A DNA stretch of 64,000 nucleotides. Origin: Bacillota bacterium. GTDB lineage: Bacteria; Bacillota; Clostridia; Christensenellales; Christensenellaceae. Location of the stretch: positions 94,500 through 158,499 of the forward strand of contig JAEWMJ010000057.1 of NCBI GenBank assembly GCA_023393165.1, written 5' to 3'. The notes beneath the pieces are model-generated. The model was not told the origin of the DNA. It saw only the letters and a program-made list of their open reading frames with translations, and did no database searches. Shown here in pieces: positions 19,801 through 26,790 of this stretch. The position numbers and the translations under genes are program-made. Numbering within the stretch: position 1 is the stretch's first letter; each line of letters begins with the position of its first letter.

Positions 19801-21296
19801 AAAAAATACGCTGCTTTATTTACAAGCGCGTTTAATTGGCGGTAAGTCAATACGTCCGTTCCCGAAATCAGGGCGATTTCATCGGGCGTTTTGTTCATTT
19901 GCTGCTGAAAAAGCGCGTCCAGGCCCCGGTCGGCGGTGAAATCCGTCTTGTTGGCATTAAATTCGTACAGCACGCGTTTGAGTTCCTCGGGCGGCATAAT
20001 GTTCATTTCAAAAAGCTTTTTATATGGATGCGAAATAGCGTCCGTCAGAATGGTAAGGCAATGATCGTGGATGTACTCGATCTCTTTTATTGAGAAAAGA
20101 GGGACCTGATGATCATAGTCAACAATCAGCCTTCCCTCTCCCTCACGGTCGTTGATATGGATGTTGAGGGAGTTTACCTGGCTTCCGGAAAAATGCCACC
20201 TGCCTTCATAGGTAAAGTTGTTCGTGTTTTTTTCAAACTGTACGTTCTGATAGGAAAGCGTAATATCATAAAGTGAATCCAGGCCCTTATGCTTTTTCCT
20301 GAGATCGGAAAGCAGCAGTTCGTACGGATATTTTTGGTGCTTTAAAATACGGAACCACTCGCCCGAAACCATTTTTACAAATTCATCGAAGGGCGTATCG
20401 TCCAGTAATTTAATGCGTATGGGCACAGTGCTGACAAACATGCCCACCGTGTTCCTTTCGTCCCTGGACCGGTTGAATACCGGTACGCCGATGACAATAT
20501 CGTCCTTGCCCAATATCCGGTTGATATAGATGCATAGTACCGATAAATACAGGGCGAAGATGGACACGTTTTGTTTTTCACAGTATGCCCTCATATGGTC
20601 GGCAACGGTTTTTGAAATGATACATGCTTTCCTGCGCGCCCGGGTGCTTACATAATTAGTTTTCTTTTGCTTTAAAACGGTTGGTTCCGGAATATCCGAA
20701 AATATTTCGTTCAGACAGAGCTTGTCCGTAAGAAAACGTTTGGAATTCAGGTATTCCTGTTCCCGCCGGATGTAACTGGTATAAGAATCCCCCTGAAATT
20801 CAGCCGGCTCACCCCCCGATAAATAAATATCGTAGTATTCCATTACCTGATTGCTGAACATGACAAGGGACCATGCGTCCGATATGATATGATGCACTTT
20901 TGCGTACCAGACAAATTCGTCATTGCTGATCCTGACGATGGCTATATAAAAAAGTTCCCGGTCCAGCAGGGGCAGATATGACTGCGATTGCATGCTGTCC
21001 CACTCGTAAAGCCCCTGCAATCCCTTTGCGCTGAAATCGAGATAATCGTATTGGCTGTAGGCAAACGGACTTACATACTGAAAAGGTTCGCCGTTGATTT
21101 CCGTGATGCGGATACGCATCGCTTCGTTATTTTTAATAAAAAGGTTAATGGATTTTACAATCAGATCAAGATTGAGCGGTCCTTTGATTTTTAATGTGCC
21201 TGCATTGTTCCACATGCTTGTGCCCGGATGCAGCTTCTCTGTATACCATATTCTTTGTTGAGGATGTGTCAAAGGATAAAATTTATTTTCAATCAT
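13893..21296 (-). CDS. Bimodular non-ribosomal peptide synthetase with terminal thioester reductase (C-A-T-C-A-T-R)
   Basis: A single 2467-aa ORF. The domain motifs are listed in the sub-features below. No thioesterase domain is present. Confidence 0.95.
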   Translation of the reverse strand: MIENKFYPLTHPQQRIWYTEKLHPGTSMWNNAGTLKIKGPLNLDLIVKSINLFIKNNEAMRIRITEINGEPFQYVSPFAYSQYDYLDFSAKGLQGLYEWDSMQSQSYLPLLDRELFYIAIVRISNDEFVWYAKVHHIISDAWSLVMFSNQVMEYYDIYLSGGEPAEFQGDSYTSYIRREQEYLNSKRFLTDKLCLNEIFSDIPEPTVLKQKKTNYVSTRARRKACIISKTVADHMRAYCEKQNVSIFALYLSVLCIYINRILGKDDIVIGVPVFNRSRDERNTVGMFVSTVPIRIKLLDDTPFDEFVKMVSGEWFRILKHQKYPYELLLSDLRKKHKGLDSLYDITLSYQNVQFEKNTNNFTYEGRWHFSGSQVNSLNIHINDREGEGRLIVDYDHQVPLFSIKEIEYIHDHCLTILTDAISHPYKKLFEMNIMPPEELKRVLYEFNANKTDFTADRGLDALFQQQMNKTPDEIALISGTDVLTYRQLNALVNKAAYFLINKGLGRDDIAGIMIAREYTLIVSILAVLRAGAAFLPIDPDFPADRVQYELKESGAKCVIASLQLAEKCDDICEVIPADILVSLPECGEAIQPGNRLRDLAYVIYTSGSTGKPKGVMVEHHSIVHFMHTLSEIMDFTPGNIVLSAATVSFDLFIMETFPTLLNGGTVVLAGETEHNIPQNLVSLIIRTRINKIMTTPSRMQLFMSGKGADECLKSLKEIMLGGDVLPVRLLNEIKEKTAARIFNFYGPTEVTIAASYKELTDSNTVNIGKPLPGVYAYILDKHKNPVPIGVHGELYIGGDGVSRGYLDRPELTAESFVSDPFKPGWRIYKTGDMTRWFPMGEIEYLGRVDQQVKIRGFRIEPGEIEAKLLQIDGISACAVVDRQDDTGRKYLCAYICGTRRKNVNQLRGELAKELPAYMVPSYFIWMDSLPLGVSGKVDRKGLPEPDKEERQANRDENASLSTATEKGLAEIWGNVLKLKKIGREDNFFDIGGDSLSIVMVSAEVYKRFQVEVSLEKVYENPTLENYAKLIDGETKKTDSRPIISVRGRKDYPVSAAQRQVFIVSGGFFGQNTVYNMPGAYYIKGSLDIQALQRSLTRLVAKNESFRTRFEMKNGELRQRIVPRAEIILNVEDCAQSEMQKRLNSLARPFDLKAPPLLRANLLRMEADEFILFLDMHHIIADGTSVETVLSQLSRLYAGKSIPSNMVSYKDYSVWQEEHLASGHVDFQRRFWMDTLGGDLPTLNLNTDYPRGAVQSMEGNRLSFSIPKDLTLQLRTFAQRSGVTMFMLLLSLYTVVLSKYTGQKDIIVGAPVSVRNRHELMDIVGMFVNTLPMRTRIDGDEKFTEMLERVRAGCLAAFQNQTYPFELMVNDLKLEKDASRNPVFGTMLSYNTFDLASLELKDLKTTVVRLSQPISKFDITLEVYDKSATLECEFEYCTKLFKRSTLKAIALHFKNLIKMVLRNPEIEIKKICLLTPAERKKILVDFNRTGYEYDEGIPVIRLFERAADRYPDKIALICKGRRMTFSELDRAAGAYAKKLIELGVGRNRIVGISVNRSLDMMCAILGTLKAGAAYMPVDPFYPEERKTYMLQNSKADVLITDDPDKCGFQGTILFSGTVDKNAGEYRPVIASGPGDLALVIYTSGSTGRPKGVMVTVSGLLNLYEMIGQNKFYSEDTVVASISSISFDIFVSDSLISLFFGAAVIMCTDDECRQPHLLVPAMRLGGANFLQTTPSRMQILMSDKTFRENLIHLKLIVHGGEPFPPDLLRKLKKYSRARIVSVYGPTETTVYSSFKDLTHTSNITVGKAAANLQYYILDDDLIPVPLGCPGLLYIAGKGVSRGYINREDLTRERYLRNPFAEGIMYNSGDICAYQPSGEVVCLGRSDFQVKIRGLRIELGEIESAILDIKGVDKTVVLACGKEENKYLCAYFTQNGDVDETALRESLKKRLPVYMIPSHFISLESFPMTPGGKLDRKALPNPGTETGSRKNTVRKKVLTSDTQKKMAKVWKQVLKVQSVGPADNFFHLGGDSLAVIQVQAAIWKYGFEIGTQDFYEMQTLESICEHIDSKHSLKQAAPSKYDIYASSKKGIPLTPRSADCQPADLSCTLLTGANGFLGAHVLSELVGLYQSRVYCIIRADNDENARQKLKDSLVFYFGKDAAEKILKNVQAVSGEICSPNLGMPDGRSAEIAADIKTVIHCAAITSHYGMPEKFEEINVLGTKYIVEFCLRESKPLLHVSTMSVSGKYVREDAKTFVFDETCYYIGQEYGSNEYVKSKFFAEGIVHKAREEGLDARIFRAGNLTARTIDGKFQMAKENNAFANRLKSIFEIGVLPEKLKDLLLELTPVDSCAKAMLILSQVGGICPVVYHLYNPNRIFMKDLIAWSREILPAPAFVPTKVFDRTIRAISRQNEGKKLSGIINDISRQDVMGQNIEVRSDKTAELLHHCGFDWPQVSSEYVTRFLTTICEP
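13896..14990 (-). other. NRPS terminal reductase (SDR-type) domain
   Basis: NAD(P)-binding TGANGFLGAHV (aa 2108) and catalytic YVKSK (aa 2271). Confidence 0.85.
15102..15305 (-). other. NRPS carrier (thiolation) domain 2
   Basis: FFHLGGDSL, with Ser at aa 2029. Confidence 0.85.
15363..16814 (-). other. NRPS adenylation domain 2
   Basis: LVIYTSGSTGRPKG (aa 1637), FDIFVSD, SVYGPTE, GLLYIAGKGVSRGY, YNSGD, GRSDFQVKIRGLRIELGEIE, GKLDRK (aa 1969). Confidence 0.9.
16872..18155 (-). other. NRPS condensation domain 2
   Basis: MHHIIADGTS at aa 1175-1184. Confidence 0.85.
18201..18413 (-). other. NRPS carrier (thiolation) domain 1
   Basis: FFDIGGDSL, with the phosphopantetheine Ser at aa 994. Confidence 0.85.
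18462..19934 (-). other. NRPS adenylation domain 1
   Basis: LTYRQLN, YVIYTSGSTGKPKG (aa 601), FDLFIME, NFYGPTE, GELYIGGDGVSRGY, YKTGD, GRVDQQVKIRGFRIEPGEIE, GKVDRK (aa 935). Confidence 0.9.
19992..21287 (-). other. NRPS condensation domain 1 (leading/starter position)
   Basis: HHIISDAWS at aa 135-143. Boundaries are approximate. Confidence 0.8.
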
Positions 21297-21624
21297 GATA
21301 TTTGCTCCATGTGCCGAATGATGTTTAAATAATTTTCCCTTTTAAAGAATTAACCCGGAGTTAATACTTGTTCAATTATGGTCTTTTAGATTAACACCCT
21401 GACTCTTATTTTATTTTAATATTAAGGAATCATTTCATAATATTTTCAAGAATACTTAATGTAGTCTATGTTTGGCTTTTTGATCCTTTATATTGTATCT
21501 TATCATATTTAATAGTTTTTTGTCTACAAATTATGCCGTATTTCTTCTAAATTTTGTAAATTATTGAATGCCTTATCATAATTTGTCATAAAATAAATTC
21601 AGGCGCTTTATAATCAAATTCAGG

Positions 21625-21649
21625 CAAAAAAATACCGCAAGAGCGGTAT
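21625..21649 (-). terminator. Rho-independent terminator
   Basis: Minus-strand stem ataccgc-tctt-gcggtat (7 bp) followed by a T run, 65 nt downstream of the stop at 21714. It separates that gene from the NRPS promoter region. Confidence 0.65.
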
Positions 21650-21713
21650 GATTGATCACAAAGTATTATTCTCAGCAATCCATAATCAGACGGGCCGTTA
21701 TTTAAACTGTATT

Positions 21714-22196
21714 TTACGCATATCCAAGTTCTTTGAGCATGGCGCCCAATACGCGCAGACGCTCGCTGATCATTTCGTCGTCTTCAGTCAGAACTTTTTC
21801 AAACAAACGGATATCTTCGTCGATCATTGGATTATCCGCGCAAACGGCCACCGTCATGGCGTCTCCCTGCATCCCCACTCTGTCGATCACCGGCTTTTCA
21901 GGATCAAAGAGGCCTTTTTGCCTGTACGCCTCCCTGAAATACATCTTTGTCCTGCAAATCAAAATTGCCAGATCGATTACGCGGTGCATGGGCAGTTCCT
22001 CGGACTGCCGGGACCATTTCTCCCCGGTATACCTCCAAACCTTGGCGGAAATGTCCACCTTCCCCCGGTCATTCCATTGCGCCAGGCCCAGAGACAAACC
22101 TTTTGCATCGGAATTGTACGCGTACCTGCCGTCAATATTTTCATAATTCTCGGAGACGATAACGGGCTTATGTTTTAGTATTGTCGGTATTTTCAT
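21714..22196 (-). CDS. Conserved hypothetical cytoplasmic protein (160 aa)
   Basis: Protein-like composition, own terminator, and no motif I can name with confidence. The + strand ORFs over the same span look like antisense artefacts. Confidence 0.6.
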   Translation of the reverse strand: MKIPTILKHKPVIVSENYENIDGRYAYNSDAKGLSLGLAQWNDRGKVDISAKVWRYTGEKWSRQSEELPMHRVIDLAILICRTKMYFREAYRQKGLFDPEKPVIDRVGMQGDAMTVAVCADNPMIDEDIRLFEKVLTEDDEMISERLRVLGAMLKELGYA

Positions 22197-22326
22197 TTTC
22201 TTTGCCGCCTTTTACTGATTTAGTAATTTACTGTATTTACAATAGCAGAATGATGTTCCTCTGTCAAGTATAAACAGGGCTTCTCTGCCGCAAAAGTGAA
22301 TTTATCCTCCAAATTGAGCCTTAATA

Positions 22327-22355
22327 TTGACATTTCCGAGTCTTTTTAATAAAAT
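22327..22355 (+). promoter_or_regulatory. Sigma-A-type promoter for the M23 peptidase-bactofilin pair
   Basis: TTGACA (22327-22332), a 17-nt spacer, then TAAAAT (22350-22355). Confidence 0.4.
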
Positions 22356-22411
22356 TTTTACATAACCCTCGCAATGAATTCGCTATAATGATTATTGAAT
22401 AAGAGAAATTA

Positions 22412-23440
22412 TTGAAAAGAGCGTTGATGAATAACAAAAAGCCTTTGGAAAATTTTCAGGTTATAATCACCTCTGGCACTGACGCACGTAAAAAGCCGGT
22501 CTGTTTCAACATTCGGAAAAGAACGCTTGTTATTATTATTGCTGTTTTTTTTCTGTCTATCGCGGCTTCTCTCATAATTTCAGCCACGGCGTTTATGCAG
22601 ATTTCCGATTCCCGAAAGCAAATTCAGGATCTGACGCAGAAAATGGAAAACCAGTCAAAGCTGCTGGACGAATATGCCGGCGAGACGGCCAGTCTTCAAA
22701 AATCCCTTCAGGACGGCGGAAGCAGGGCATTTTCAAACCCGGTCTCAAGATCCGCACCCAACGTTTCAGAATATCAGAGCGGCCGGCAGCCCTTCATAAC
22801 AAGCGAGCCGGGCGGCGATACCACACGGGAACCGGGACAATCCGCGGAAGCCGCGGACAAGTCCTCTGCTGAAATTAACGCACAAACAGAAGAAGGCGGG
22901 ACATCCGGCCAGACTTTGCAGCAGTCCGCCGGGGAAACAGGGCAATCTTTTTCCGGCTATCTTGCCCAAGCTAAAATCCTGGACGATAAAGACCTCGATT
23001 ATCTTGTATGGCCCTTTCAGGGCCCGGACAGCGGGTATGATACGGACTGGCCGGGCCCGGACGGATATTATCACGCCCCCAGGGACGGCGGGCAGATTCA
23101 CGAAGGCGTGGACATCTGCGCCCCTCATAAAACGTCCGTCTCTGCCGTTACGGACGGCACGGTTGTTTCGAACGGATGGAACAACGACGGAGGATGGATG
23201 GTGGAAATACGTTCCCCCCAAGGCTATACATTCAGGTACCTGCACTTGGCGGATCAGTCTTCCCTGGACATGGGGACAAGCGTTCAGGCCGGCATAACCG
23301 TTATCGGATATTGCGGGAACACGGGGGGAGATTACCCGAATCATCTTCATTTAAGTATTTATCTGCCGGATTCAGAAGGAACAGCCGATCCTACGCCCTA
23401 TCTGAAGGCCGCAGAGGAGCGTTTTATATCAGGTGAATAA
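22412..23440 (+). CDS. M23-family metallopeptidase with N-terminal TM anchor and coiled coil
   Basis: HEGVDICAP (HxxxD) and NHLHLSIY (HxH) motifs. TM segment LVIIIAVFFLSIAASLIISATAF. The start is ambiguous: TTG at 22412 or ATG at 22427. Confidence 0.85.
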   Translation: MKRALMNNKKPLENFQVIITSGTDARKKPVCFNIRKRTLVIIIAVFFLSIAASLIISATAFMQISDSRKQIQDLTQKMENQSKLLDEYAGETASLQKSLQDGGSRAFSNPVSRSAPNVSEYQSGRQPFITSEPGGDTTREPGQSAEAADKSSAEINAQTEEGGTSGQTLQQSAGETGQSFSGYLAQAKILDDKDLDYLVWPFQGPDSGYDTDWPGPDGYYHAPRDGGQIHEGVDICAPHKTSVSAVTDGTVVSNGWNNDGGWMVEIRSPQGYTFRYLHLADQSSLDMGTSVQAGITVIGYCGNTGGDYPNHLHLSIYLPDSEGTADPTPYLKAAEERFISGE

Positions 23441-23465
23441 ATAAAAACCCAAAAGGAGGTTTATC

Positions 23466-23843
23466 ATGAAAAACGAAAGACGCAGTCCGCAGTCCGGCAT
23501 GGACGTATATATCTCCGCTGAATCGCAGATTACGGGCGACTTGACAACGCAAAACAATATCGTGGTGGAAGGCCAGGTAAACGGAAAAATAACCGCGACC
23601 GGAAACGTGCATATTGGGAGCGCCGCCAAAATCGAAGGCAACATTGCAGCCGCCGATATCCAGATCGCCGGCAGGGTGCAGGGGAACGTATCTTCCTCCG
23701 GCGTTATCGTTCTATACAGCGGCGCCCAGCTTGAAGGGGATGTCCGCGCAAGCGGCATCACGATTGAAAAAGGAGCGTCCTTTAAAGGGGCGACTGAGAT
23801 CGACGCGGAAAACGCCGCTGCCGGAATGCAGCCGGAATCATAA
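23466..23843 (+). CDS. Bactofilin (polymer-forming cytoskeletal protein)
   Basis: Repetitive beta-helix pattern ITGDLTTQNNIVVEGQVNGKITATGNVHIGSAAKIEGNIAAADIQIAGRVQGNV. 125 aa. 25 nt after the M23 gene. Confidence 0.8.
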   Translation: MKNERRSPQSGMDVYISAESQITGDLTTQNNIVVEGQVNGKITATGNVHIGSAAKIEGNIAAADIQIAGRVQGNVSSSGVIVLYSGAQLEGDVRASGITIEKGASFKGATEIDAENAAAGMQPES

Positions 23844-23849
23844 TATTAT

Positions 23850-24293
23850 TTATTTGTAATCAGCCGGTGGCAGCCATTTTTCAAACGCCTGCAAAAAGCT
23901 TATATCCGCCTCTTTTGTTCTTTTAGGCCCGCCTTTCAGCCTGCCGCCCGCTTTCCGTATCTTTTTTGTCTGGTGGCGCGACATCAGAAGCCCGTCGATA
24001 TTGTCGGCGGTATACGCGCGTCCGTTCTGGTCCATGCACAGCGCCCTTTTGGCGAGGGCCAGCGCGGCGAGGCCATAGTCCTGCGTGACAACGATATCGC
24101 CCGGCTCTATATTGTTGACAAGCGCAATATCAGCGCTGTCCGCCCCCTGTGAAAGAGTTACGGTCAGCGCCCCCTCACGCTCAAAAATATGAGAGGTATC
24201 GCAAAAAAGAACAACCTCCGTATGGTGTTTTTTCGCCGCCCGGATCGCTATATCCACCACCGGGCAGCCGTCGGCATCAATCAAAACGCGCAT
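23850..24293 (-). CDS. YaiI/YqxD-family protein (UPF0178)
   Basis: MRVLIDADGCPVVDIAIRAAKKHHTEVVLFCDTSH is the typical family N-terminus. 147 aa. Confidence 0.75.
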   Translation of the reverse strand: MRVLIDADGCPVVDIAIRAAKKHHTEVVLFCDTSHIFEREGALTVTLSQGADSADIALVNNIEPGDIVVTQDYGLAALALAKRALCMDQNGRAYTADNIDGLLMSRHQTKKIRKAGGRLKGGPKRTKEADISFLQAFEKWLPPADYK

Positions 24294-24326
24294 CTTTTTT
24301 CCCTGACCGAGTTTATTTCGTTTAAA

Positions 24327-26504
24327 TCAGCTGCTCTTGGGGCTGTTTCTCATTGAAAGAGAAATACGGCCTTTTTTTACGTCCACATCCAGCACCGTTA
24401 CGGAAACGATGTCGCCCACAGCGGCCGCCTCGGACGGATGCTTCAGATACCGTTCAGCCATCTGGGATATGTGCACGAGTCCGTCCTGATGGACGCCGAT
24501 ATCCACGAAAACGCCGAAGTCCACCACATTCCGCACGGTCCCTGTCAGTTCCATACCGGGCTTTAAATCTTCCATACTCAGAACATCCGTTCTTAAAATG
24601 GGCGGCGGAAGCTCATCCCGGATATCACGCCCGGGTTTTTTGAGTTCCCCCATAATGTCCCGCAATGTAGGCACGCCGATTCCGCAGGCATGGGCGATCT
24701 TTTCCTCGCCGGCCTCCCGAATGCCCAATTCTATTGCCGTGGTTTTGCGCGCGCCCATATCCGCGGCGGAAATGCCCAGCAGACCGAGCAGTTTTTTTAC
24801 AGCGCCGTAGGACTCCGGATGAACTGACGTATTATCCAGCATATCCGCGCCGCCGGGGATCCGCAGGAAACCCGCGCACTGTTCGAACGCCTTTGGCCCC
24901 AGGCGAGGCACCTTTTTCAGTTGGGAGCGTGACGCAAACGCGCCGTACTGGTTGCGGTATTCCACAATCTTCTCCGCAACCGACGCGTTCAGTCCGGATA
25001 TATAAGACAAAAGAGAAACGGACGCGGTATTGAGGTCTACGCCAACGCTGTTCACACAGTCTTCCACCACCCCGAACAGCGCCGAATCAAGCTCCGCGCC
25101 CGGCATATCGTGCTGGTATTGGCCCACGCCTATAGATTTTGGATCGATCTTCACCAGTTCGGCCAGCGGATCCTGCAGCCGCCTGGCGATGGAAACCGCG
25201 CTCCGTATGGAAACATCAAGTTCCGGAAACTCTTTGGCTCCAAGAGGGGACGCGGAATAAACCGAAGCGCCCGCTTCGTTCACAACCATATAGCTGACCT
25301 TTTCCGGCAGTTCTTTGATCAGTCCGGCGACAAAGAGCTCGGATTCGCGGGAAGCGGTGCCGTTTCCTATTGCAATGCACGAAACGCCGTGCTTTTGTAT
25401 CAGTTTTTTGAGCGCCGTTTTGGCTTCTTCCTGCCTGTTCTGGGGCGGCGTGGGATATACGACCGCGCTCTCCAGCAATTTGCCCGTACCGTCCACCACG
25501 GCTATCTTGCATCCGGTACGGTATGCCGGATCAAACCCCATCGTAACCTTTCCCTTGACGGGAGGCTGCATCAGCAGGGGTTTTAAGTTCAGGGCGAACA
25601 TATGGATGGCACCTTCCTCAGCTTTCTCCGTGAGTTCGTTTCTGATTTCGCGTTCCAGGGACGGCCATAAAAGCCTGCTCCACGCGTCGTCAATCGTTTT
25701 CAGGACGCACTCTCCTGATTCGCCGCCGCCTTTCACGTATTTGGAGCGGATAGCGGCTATGGCCAGGGACTCATCCATGGATATATCGATCTTTAAAAAA
25801 CCTTCCTTCTCCCCGCGGTTCATGGCCAGGATCCTGTGCCCCGGGGTCTGCAGAAGGGGTCCCGAGAAATCGTAGTAGGTCTTATATACGGAATCTTCCT
25901 CTTTTGCAGCCCGTGATTCGATCTTTCCGTTCTTCCGGATATGTCCCCGCAAGACTTTCCGCAATTCCGCATCGTCCGATATCCGCTCGGCAAGAATATC
26001 CTGCGCGCCCGAAACCGCGTCTTCCCAAGTTAAAACGCCCTTTTCCGCGTCCACATAAGGCGCAGCCGCCTCCATGAGCGTACATTTCATGTTCTGCGCA
26101 ATGATCATATCGGCCAGAGGTTCCAGGCCGCGTTCGCGCGCCATGGTTGCGCGCGTGCGCCTTTTTTGCTTGAACGGCCGGTAGATATCCTCCACCTCGG
26201 CCAGCGTCGCCGCGCGGGCGAGCTGCTCCCCGATTTCCTCAGACCATTTTCCCTGTTCGGTGATACTTTGCTCTGCCTGCTGTTTCCGTTCCTCCAGATT
26301 GCGCAGGTATGTGAGGCGTTCTCCAAACTGCCGCAATACCTGGTCGTCACAGGAACCCGTCATCTCCTTGCGGTACCGCGCGATAAAAGGTATGGTATTG
26401 CCTTCGTCTATCAGCGAGATGATGTTGCGGCTGTACTCAATCTTTACGGCGAATTCTTTTGCCAATACTTCTGCAAGTTCCATTCTATTCTCCTGTTTTT
26501 TCAA
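24327..26504 (-). CDS. tex: Tex-like transcription accessory protein (YqgF/HhH/S1 domains)
   Basis: N-terminus IISLIDEGNTIPFIARYRKE, MGFDPAYRTGCK (YqgF-like), and a C-terminal S1 domain GTVRNVVDFGVFVDIGVHQDGLVHIS. 725 aa. Confidence 0.9.
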   Translation of the reverse strand: MKKQENRMELAEVLAKEFAVKIEYSRNIISLIDEGNTIPFIARYRKEMTGSCDDQVLRQFGERLTYLRNLEERKQQAEQSITEQGKWSEEIGEQLARAATLAEVEDIYRPFKQKRRTRATMARERGLEPLADMIIAQNMKCTLMEAAAPYVDAEKGVLTWEDAVSGAQDILAERISDDAELRKVLRGHIRKNGKIESRAAKEEDSVYKTYYDFSGPLLQTPGHRILAMNRGEKEGFLKIDISMDESLAIAAIRSKYVKGGGESGECVLKTIDDAWSRLLWPSLEREIRNELTEKAEEGAIHMFALNLKPLLMQPPVKGKVTMGFDPAYRTGCKIAVVDGTGKLLESAVVYPTPPQNRQEEAKTALKKLIQKHGVSCIAIGNGTASRESELFVAGLIKELPEKVSYMVVNEAGASVYSASPLGAKEFPELDVSIRSAVSIARRLQDPLAELVKIDPKSIGVGQYQHDMPGAELDSALFGVVEDCVNSVGVDLNTASVSLLSYISGLNASVAEKIVEYRNQYGAFASRSQLKKVPRLGPKAFEQCAGFLRIPGGADMLDNTSVHPESYGAVKKLLGLLGISAADMGARKTTAIELGIREAGEEKIAHACGIGVPTLRDIMGELKKPGRDIRDELPPPILRTDVLSMEDLKPGMELTGTVRNVVDFGVFVDIGVHQDGLVHISQMAERYLKHPSEAAAVGDIVSVTVLDVDVKKGRISLSMRNSPKSS

Positions 26505-26539
26505 TTTTTATGATAAATATAATGTGTCCTCTATATGAA

Positions 26540-26790
26540 GGCCGATGAAAAGCACAAATACAAGGCATTTTGAGCACTGCGACGGAAGCGTAGTAAGAAC
26601 TAAGAACCTACGCTGAGGAGAGCGGAGCCGACCGCCGCCAGTGGCGGAAAAAGGAAGGCGAACGCTCACTGAACGCGAGATGAATACAAGCGCTAATCCC
26701 CAAAGAATACCTTACGCGCAGTATGAATCCGCTGTGAAGTGGGAAGGGCGGAAAAACAACACAGTAGTTGGGATTTTTCAGCCGCCTGAA
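26540..26790. repeat. Intergenic repeat element, long copy (~250 nt; short-copy blocks plus ~127-nt internal extra segment)
   Basis: Blocks 26555-26595, 26607-26620 and 26748-26790 match copy 10334..10447. Segment 26621-26747 has no counterpart there. The last block overlaps the final codons and stop of the ABC-F gene. Confidence 0.75.

Noticed and set aside
21297-21624. Riboswitch or inverton upstream of the NRPS
   Set aside because: The ~330-nt leader is extremely AT-rich. It has only a 6-bp hairpin (attaac-ccgga-gttaat, ~21350-21366) and a short direct repeat (aaattcaggc x2). There are no long flanking inverted repeats and no nearby invertase. Nothing resembles a known riboswitch core.
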